This document shows positions 58,911 to 64,000 of a stretch of DNA of 64,000 nt, piece by piece. Numbering within the stretch: the first letter of the stretch is position 1; each line of letters begins with the position of its first letter. The position numbers were made by a program, and so were the translations under genes. The notes beneath the pieces were generated by a model that was not told where the DNA came from, did no database searches, and saw nothing but the letters and a program-made list of their open reading frames with translations. This DNA comes from Candidatus Daviesbacteria bacterium (GTDB lineage: Bacteria > Patescibacteriota > Microgenomatia > Daviesbacterales > UBA10151), in NCBI GenBank assembly GCA_016176405.1, contig JACOXG010000004.1, positions 9,082 through 73,081 of the forward strand, given 5' to 3'.

Positions 58911-59623
58911 AAAAATCTTACTAAGGCAGCACTTACTGTTGCTAGAATATATGCTACAACACTGTAGGCAATAAAAGGATATTTTCTAAATCTCCATTTA
59001 ATTTTTTGGGCAAAATAAATTGAAATAATCATCAGAACTGTGGAGAAAAATAATCCTACTAATACCTTATCAAAGGCAGAATAAACAAACCAGGTAAAAG
59101 CAAATACCACACTATTTATAAAAAGTATTACCATATCTTTTTTATTAAATTCTTTCATTGGGTAAAATGAGGCAAGAGTAAGAAGGGAAACATTCATCAT
59201 CAGCCCGCCAATAAAAAATATGATATTCCCTGTGTAATAATCATTAATAAAAAGCCCGTTACACAAATTACCTACTAAATTTTTTAAGTCACAATACTGA
59301 TTTAAGGTAAAACTAGAAACTTCATGCCAACCTTCACCTGCCCCAAAAAGATAAGTCCCCATTAAAAAAAGTAACATCAGTAAAAAATCTCTTTTTTTAC
59401 TTAGAGTTTGAAGATTATTAGTAAATATTTGTAAATAGAAAAAGGATAAAATTACTGTAGCTAATAAAAAAATAACTGTTTGGTTTATTTGGTGAAGTCT
59501 AATAAAATTATATGGTTGTAGTAATGGTGAGGGTAGTAAACGCTCAATGATAATAACAAGAGCAGTAAGAGAATAAAGTGTAAATAAAATATTTAATTTC
59601 TTCACACCTTTAGCGTACAACAA
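58907..59623 (-). CDS. Integral membrane protein (6-7 TM)
   Basis: Hydropathy only. Confidence 0.4.
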   Translation of the reverse strand: MLYAKGVKKLNILFTLYSLTALVIIIERLLPSPLLQPYNFIRLHQINQTVIFLLATVILSFFYLQIFTNNLQTLSKKRDFLLMLLFLMGTYLFGAGEGWHEVSSFTLNQYCDLKNLVGNLCNGLFINDYYTGNIIFFIGGLMMNVSLLTLASFYPMKEFNKKDMVILFINSVVFAFTWFVYSAFDKVLVGLFFSTVLMIISIYFAQKIKWRFRKYPFIAYSVVAYILATVSAALVRFF

Positions 59624-59699
59624 CTAATAAATTTCTTAAAGCCAAACTGTCAAATAGCCCTTTTAAAATGGAGGTGGTTGATAAAGATTTAGTTTGTAA

Positions 59700-60269
59700 C
59701 TAAGCTATTAGTATCTCTTGACGAGGTAATACACCAGATCTTAGATATGATACACCTAAAGCCAAGCTTCTATGCACACCATCAATAATATGAAGATAGC
59801 CATCTGGTCTTGCTCCACCTGGTCTAGAGCTCAAAATTAGTGGTGGTAACTCAATTCCCTGAGAGTATCCCTCTAAGGCCCTTTCAAAAGAATCTTCTCT
59901 CCATTGATCAACTAGACGGGGGTCATACTCCATACCTATACAATTTCGAGCAACACTTAATAAATCCCTTTCCAACCCTCCTTTAGTCAAAATATTCGAA
60001 ATATGTCTATCATTTTGATAATCAAAATACCAAATAATGGTAGGTAAATCCCGAGCATCCAATAATCTTTTTCTGTATACCTTATGGAATCTTATAAGAT
60101 CTACCGTATTTTGTTCAATCCCATGCCCTGAAAATTGTTGATAAATATTTAAAACCTCTGTTGATGTAACACGAGTACCTTCTTTCGGTAAATTACCGAA
60201 GTACATTTCTCTAACTTCAGCGAGTGGTAAATTCCTTCCAATTTTTTCAAGGCTCTCTTTTATAAACAT
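59700..60269 (-). CDS. Hypothetical protein with ParB/sulfiredoxin-like motif (IIDGVHR)
   Basis: DGxHR motif reminiscent of ParB N-terminal nuclease-like / DGQHR domains; adjacent to tRNA-His. Confidence 0.35.
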   Translation of the reverse strand: MFIKESLEKIGRNLPLAEVREMYFGNLPKEGTRVTSTEVLNIYQQFSGHGIEQNTVDLIRFHKVYRKRLLDARDLPTIIWYFDYQNDRHISNILTKGGLERDLLSVARNCIGMEYDPRLVDQWREDSFERALEGYSQGIELPPLILSSRPGGARPDGYLHIIDGVHRSLALGVSYLRSGVLPRQEILIA

Positions 60270-60292
60270 GCTTAAATAATTCCGGAATTAAG

Positions 60293-60365
60293 GGTGGTCG
60301 ACGGGAATTGAACCCGCAACATTCAGTTCCACAAACTGACGCTCTGCCATTGAGCTACGACCACC
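60293..60365 (-). tRNA. tRNA-His (anticodon GTG) with genomically encoded G-1
   Basis: Reverse complement: g-gtggtcg acceptor with extra 5' G pairing to discriminator C, anticodon loop tTGTGga, T-arm gcggg-ttcaatt-cccgt. Confidence 0.85.
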
Positions 60366-60548
60366 ATAATGCTTATTTTAACAGATTTACCATTTTTAAG
60401 CACGAAAAAAGCCCCTTGCGGGACTTTCTTCGAGAACCTGTCTAAATAATCTTGCGATTATTTAGGACCTTGCGGTTTTTTACAGGTATCTTTCTTTATA
60501 TACCCAATTTATATTTCTGTCAACTATGATCATTTGAATCAAACTATA

Positions 60549-62267
60549 TCAGTCGGAAAATGGTAGCAGCTGCCAAAGCTCTTTTGGGTTTAATAAATTA
60601 GCCAAAATTGCTGGCTGAAGTTCACCAAAATCCAAGGTATTTAGACCTGATAAGACTTTTTGACGAATGGTTACAGGATGATAGGATTTTCTTTCCAAAG
60701 TAAAGTCAAAAGCGTAATCAGGCAGTAAGTACCTAGCCTCCATTTCCTTTGACAAACCATCATCATCAAGATTAACAGCTTGTAAACTCTCACCAGCCGG
60801 ACCTTCTATCCTGAGAAGATATTCACCCTCCGCTGATTCTTTCCATTTTAAAGAAGATTTTAATTTTAGGATGACAGGGGATTTAATTTGAGTATTAAAT
60901 TCTAAAGGAGGAGAATCAAATTGTCTGATATTTGAAAAGAGATTTAGAACACTCTTAAAAGGTCCTTTAATCGGTGCTTTAACACTAAAATTAAAGGTAT
61001 ATTCTTTTCCGGGCTCAACTTTTATATCTTTAGGTATTGGTATTTCTGCAATACCTGACTGATCAGCCCCTTGAATAAATTTAAGTTTGACTAAATCTCC
61101 ATCATTCCAAATTGACTGACCATTATTTTTAAATTTTAAGGAAATATTATATTCCTCTCCTGCTACCATAGTAGAAAATATTTCACCTTTTTCAAGTTGA
61201 GCTCTATTTTCTTGCCGAGGTTTTCCAGCTATTTTAGGCATATCTAAAATAGTTTGAAATTGAGGGTAAAACTCGGAAGACTCAACCTTTTTAAATGAAA
61301 AATGAGCAAATAAAGGTTCCTGATAACTTAGTAAAAATGGAGTAATGGCCACAATATTTTGAGAATTCCATGCTCCTTCAAAAGCATTTTTATAATGAGT
61401 AGCAACTGTGTCTGCACTTGGCAAAGATGGATCAAAGCTTACTCCCTCAGCATGTTTCCATCCGGTTTCAGTGATAAATACTGGTAAGTCTTTACTTAGC
61501 CCTAAACTTCTTAAAACTTGTAGCTCCCAAATATAAGTTTTGACAGTGCCTCTACCTACTGCAGTAGGAGAACCTCTAAATTCCGGATTTGGGTATGAAT
61601 GGGATACCCAGCCATCAAGTTTATTAAATATACCTGGAACAGCTTTTTCCATTTCTTGTAAAAATAATCTTTCATCAAAATAGTTAGGGGGCTGATGTGG
61701 GGCAGAAGCATCAAGACCCGCGTTAAGAACAAAAAAATCCTCAGATTTTTTCTTTAAAGCATCGATAGTTTTATTTAAAACTTGGGCATAAGAGATAGGA
61801 TCTGTCACATTATTCCACTCTTTGCCATGGTTGGGCTCATTGTAGATAATCACATATCTGTTTTTGGTAGGCCAATTCAGATTATCCAAAAAGTCTGCCC
61901 AAGCTTGTTCTTCTCCCTCATATGGCCTTTCCCAATGCTCATTTAAAGGTTTGGTAGCCAATCTGACAATGGGAATCAGATGTCTTTTTCTTAAATCATT
62001 AAAAAATTCCTGCCATTTTCCCTGATTCCTATCTTTACTCTCTATTAAAAAAGTAATATATCCCCAGTCTCCATTGGTATTTACCAACTGAGCAGCTGGA
62101 GAGGATTCATCAGGAGTAGCCTGAATAATATGGATGCCAAACTTGTTGTTTGGGACAGTGAGGGGGTCAACTATTGCTGAAACAGTGGACAGTGGACAGG
62201 TTACAGTGAACAGGTAGAATAAAATACTGTAACCTAATACCTGTAACCTAAAACCTAATTTGCTCAT
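60549..62267 (-). CDS. Secreted glycoside hydrolase, GH5-like (cellulase superfamily) with C-terminal beta domains
   Basis: Catalytic acid/base IYNEPNHG (NEP) and nucleophile FITETGW motifs; signal peptide encoded by a heptamer inverted repeat. Confidence 0.55.
   Translation of the reverse strand: MSKLGFRLQVLGYSILFYLFTVTCPLSTVSAIVDPLTVPNNKFGIHIIQATPDESSPAAQLVNTNGDWGYITFLIESKDRNQGKWQEFFNDLRKRHLIPIVRLATKPLNEHWERPYEGEEQAWADFLDNLNWPTKNRYVIIYNEPNHGKEWNNVTDPISYAQVLNKTIDALKKKSEDFFVLNAGLDASAPHQPPNYFDERLFLQEMEKAVPGIFNKLDGWVSHSYPNPEFRGSPTAVGRGTVKTYIWELQVLRSLGLSKDLPVFITETGWKHAEGVSFDPSLPSADTVATHYKNAFEGAWNSQNIVAITPFLLSYQEPLFAHFSFKKVESSEFYPQFQTILDMPKIAGKPRQENRAQLEKGEIFSTMVAGEEYNISLKFKNNGQSIWNDGDLVKLKFIQGADQSGIAEIPIPKDIKVEPGKEYTFNFSVKAPIKGPFKSVLNLFSNIRQFDSPPLEFNTQIKSPVILKLKSSLKWKESAEGEYLLRIEGPAGESLQAVNLDDDGLSKEMEARYLLPDYAFDFTLERKSYHPVTIRQKVLSGLNTLDFGELQPAILANLLNPKELWQLLPFSD
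62183..62258. repeat. Inverted arrays of heptamer repeats (..ggttacag.. / ..ctgtaacc..) encoding the signal peptide of the GH5-like protein
   Basis: acagtggacaggttacagtgaacaggtag versus ctgtaacctaatacctgtaacctaaaacctaa. Confidence 0.65.
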
Positions 62268-62340
62268 AAGCTTTATATTTTATCATCTACTTGAAAGTAC
62301 TCCTTGACCTTTGGGTTTTATTGGGGTAATAATATAGCGT

Positions 62341-62398
62341 GTCACAAGTCAAGGGTCATGTGTCATGATACCTGATACATGATACTTGATACATGATC
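62341..62398. repeat. Heptamer-type repeat array (gtcacaagtcaagggtcatgtgtcatga / tacctgatacatgatacttgatacatgatc)
   Basis: Direct and inverted 6-7 nt units; overlaps the start of small ORF 62393-62635. Confidence 0.6.
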
Positions 62399-63113
62399 CA
62401 ACTCTCAGAACCTATTAAAGTTTGGGTATTTTTTGAAAATGGAACTTTAAAGCCTCATTTATTTTTCTGGAATAAAAGACAAATTAAAATAGAAAAAATT
62501 AATTTAGTTCATACCACTAAAAATGGCTCTTCTCCTGCTTATCATTTTTCAGTTTCCTCTAGAGGGAATTTTTACAGACTAGGATTTGATTTATTCACTT
62601 TAAAATGGTTTCTGGAGGCTGTGGAAGAGGGATAGCTGGTTGCTCCTGGGAGCTATGGGTTGATTCTGAAGAAGCAATTTCTCCAGGAAGTGGTCCGTGA
62701 AATATAGAACTACCAAGGGGACACGGCCTCCAAGAGACATCATTAGGTGCGTGGGTTTGGGGTAATTCCTTCTCTACCATGACACGTACAAATTAAAATA
62801 ACTGTTAAATTATGTCAAGAGGGATTTATGAGAACCATTTTACACATTGATTTTAACTCATACTTTGCCTCTGTTGAACAGCAGGCAAATCCACACCTTC
62901 GGGGTAAACCTATTGGGGTAACTGGAGGAGATAGACTAAAGAGGACAGTGATTGGGGCAGCCTCAATTGAGGCCAAAAAGTTTGGGGTAAAAACCAGGAG
63001 ATTCTGATAAGTATTTAGAAACAACCAAGAAATTTATAAATATTTTAAAGGACTTTAGCCCAAATTTGGAGGTGTTCTCTATAGATGAGTGCTTTTTGGA
63101 ATTACCCTTTTCT

Positions 63114-63188
63114 GTCATTCCTGCGAATGCAGGAATCCAATTAAATGAATCACGTTCGGAATTGGATCCCCGCCTACGCGGGGATGAC
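63114..63188. repeat. Palindromic element family B inserted in-frame in dinB (encodes VIPANAGIQLNESRSELDPRLRGDD)
   Basis: Near-identical to the 21253-21345 copy minus its nested palindrome. Confidence 0.85.
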
Positions 63189-63727
63189 TTGGTAAAAGTT
63201 GCCCAAGATATTAAATCTCGTATCCGCTCTGAAATTGGAGAATGGATCAGATGCTCTATAGGTATTTCATATAACAAGCTCATGGCCAAGTTGGCTGGGT
63301 CTTTACAAAAACCGGATGGACTGGTGGTTATTCCAAACCAGAAAGAGGCTATCAAAGTGTTGGATAAGATAGAATTGGATGAAATTTGTGGGATCGGCGG
63401 AAGGATTAAAAAAAGATTAAATAATATGGGAGTGTTCGGTTTTAAACAGCTAAGATATGTACCTCTAGAGGCTCTGCTGGCCTCATTTAAGAGCTATGGA
63501 CAGATTTTATATAACATGGCTCGGGGAATAGATTATTCACCCATCATTCCCTTTTATGAAAAAGGAGAAGTAAAAAGTGTGGGGCATAGACATACCATTG
63601 ATCACGATACAAATGACCCAGCAGAAATAAAGCAAATTCTTTTAAAACTTACAGAACTGGTGGCCAGAAGACTGCGGGCTAAAAAAATGGTAGGGAAAAC
63701 TGTCCATTGTTGGTATCGTCAGGCATT

Positions 63728-63777
63728 CCACCTCCGAGGTGAACCCAGTATTTCAACTAGTGCACACCTCGGAGGTG
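63728..63777. repeat. REPIN-like element family A inserted in-frame in dinB (encodes HLRGEPSISTSAHLGGV)
   Basis: ccacctcCgaggtg - 23 bp - cacctcGgaggtg. Confidence 0.85.
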
Positions 63778-64000
63778 TATTTTCGGGAGATGGGATGCAG
63801 ATGACTATCTCTTACAGCAATGATGGATTGGCAATCTTCCATGCAGCCTGGAAAATTTTCCAGAAACTGTGGAATGAAGACAAGATTAGAATGGTTGGTG
63901 TATCCATATCTAACCTCAAATCCCAAAATCCTCAGAATCTATCATTACTTGAAGATTTTTTAACTCAGGAAAAAATTATTCAAACCATGGATAAAATTAA

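Larger units (their letters stand above)
62828..64000 (+). pseudogene. dinB: DNA polymerase IV (DinB), disrupted: 59-aa N-terminal ORF (62828-63007), then +1 frame continuation (from about 62994) running off the window; two in-frame palindromic-element insertions
   Basis: N-terminus [18 protein letters not shown], then SIDECFLEL (catalytic DE), ...IGISYNKLMAKLAG, HhH GIGGRIKKRL; about 20 aa around the GMP(L/T) segment missing relative to DinB homologues; frame change near the A-run at 62988-62993. Confidence 0.8.

Noticed and set aside
62963-63355. 130-aa minus-strand ORF containing WIPAFAGMT; also plus ORF 21142-21378 and the first 30 codons of 20641-21297
   Set aside because: These ORFs are opened by translation of palindromic element B in alternative frames or strands and overlap better-supported genes (dinB, uvrB upstream region). 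They are treated as repeat-derived artefacts.

Overview
Low-GC bacterial chromosomal segment with standard code; the gene content resembles a reduced-genome, uncultivated lineage, possibly Patescibacteria/CPR-like (inference only). It holds six tRNAs and many housekeeping genes. Readable blocks: (i) a lexA / two-component system / type IV pilus locus with pilB, pilC, at least five prepilin-type proteins and a large polytopic membrane protein; (ii) a nucleotide-excision-repair block, uvrB, uvrA, uvrC; (iii) a DipZ-like thiol-disulfide module and typA; (iv) a pentose-phosphate / sugar-phosphate cluster: ROK glucokinase, gnd, zwf, tkt, tal, PGI/PMI; (v) a MacAB-like efflux system; (vi) a glycoside hydrolase / membrane-protein region next to tRNA-His. 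The most striking signal is several families of GC-rich palindromic repeat elements. They sit in intergenic DNA and are also inserted in-frame inside coding sequences: uvrB, uvrA several times, dinB twice, tkt, and the leader of a large pilin. One family, a pair of inverted 13-bp palindromes of form cacctcNgaggtg, matches the palindromes flanking an IS200-like HuH tyrosine transposase at 48841-49518. That arrangement looks like a RAYT/REPIN system. Several genes (uvrA, dinB, tkt, a PEP-utilizing-enzyme-like gene) show frameshifts or internal deletions; this may be gene decay or assembly error. No CRISPR array, rRNA, phage integrase or obvious prophage is visible.
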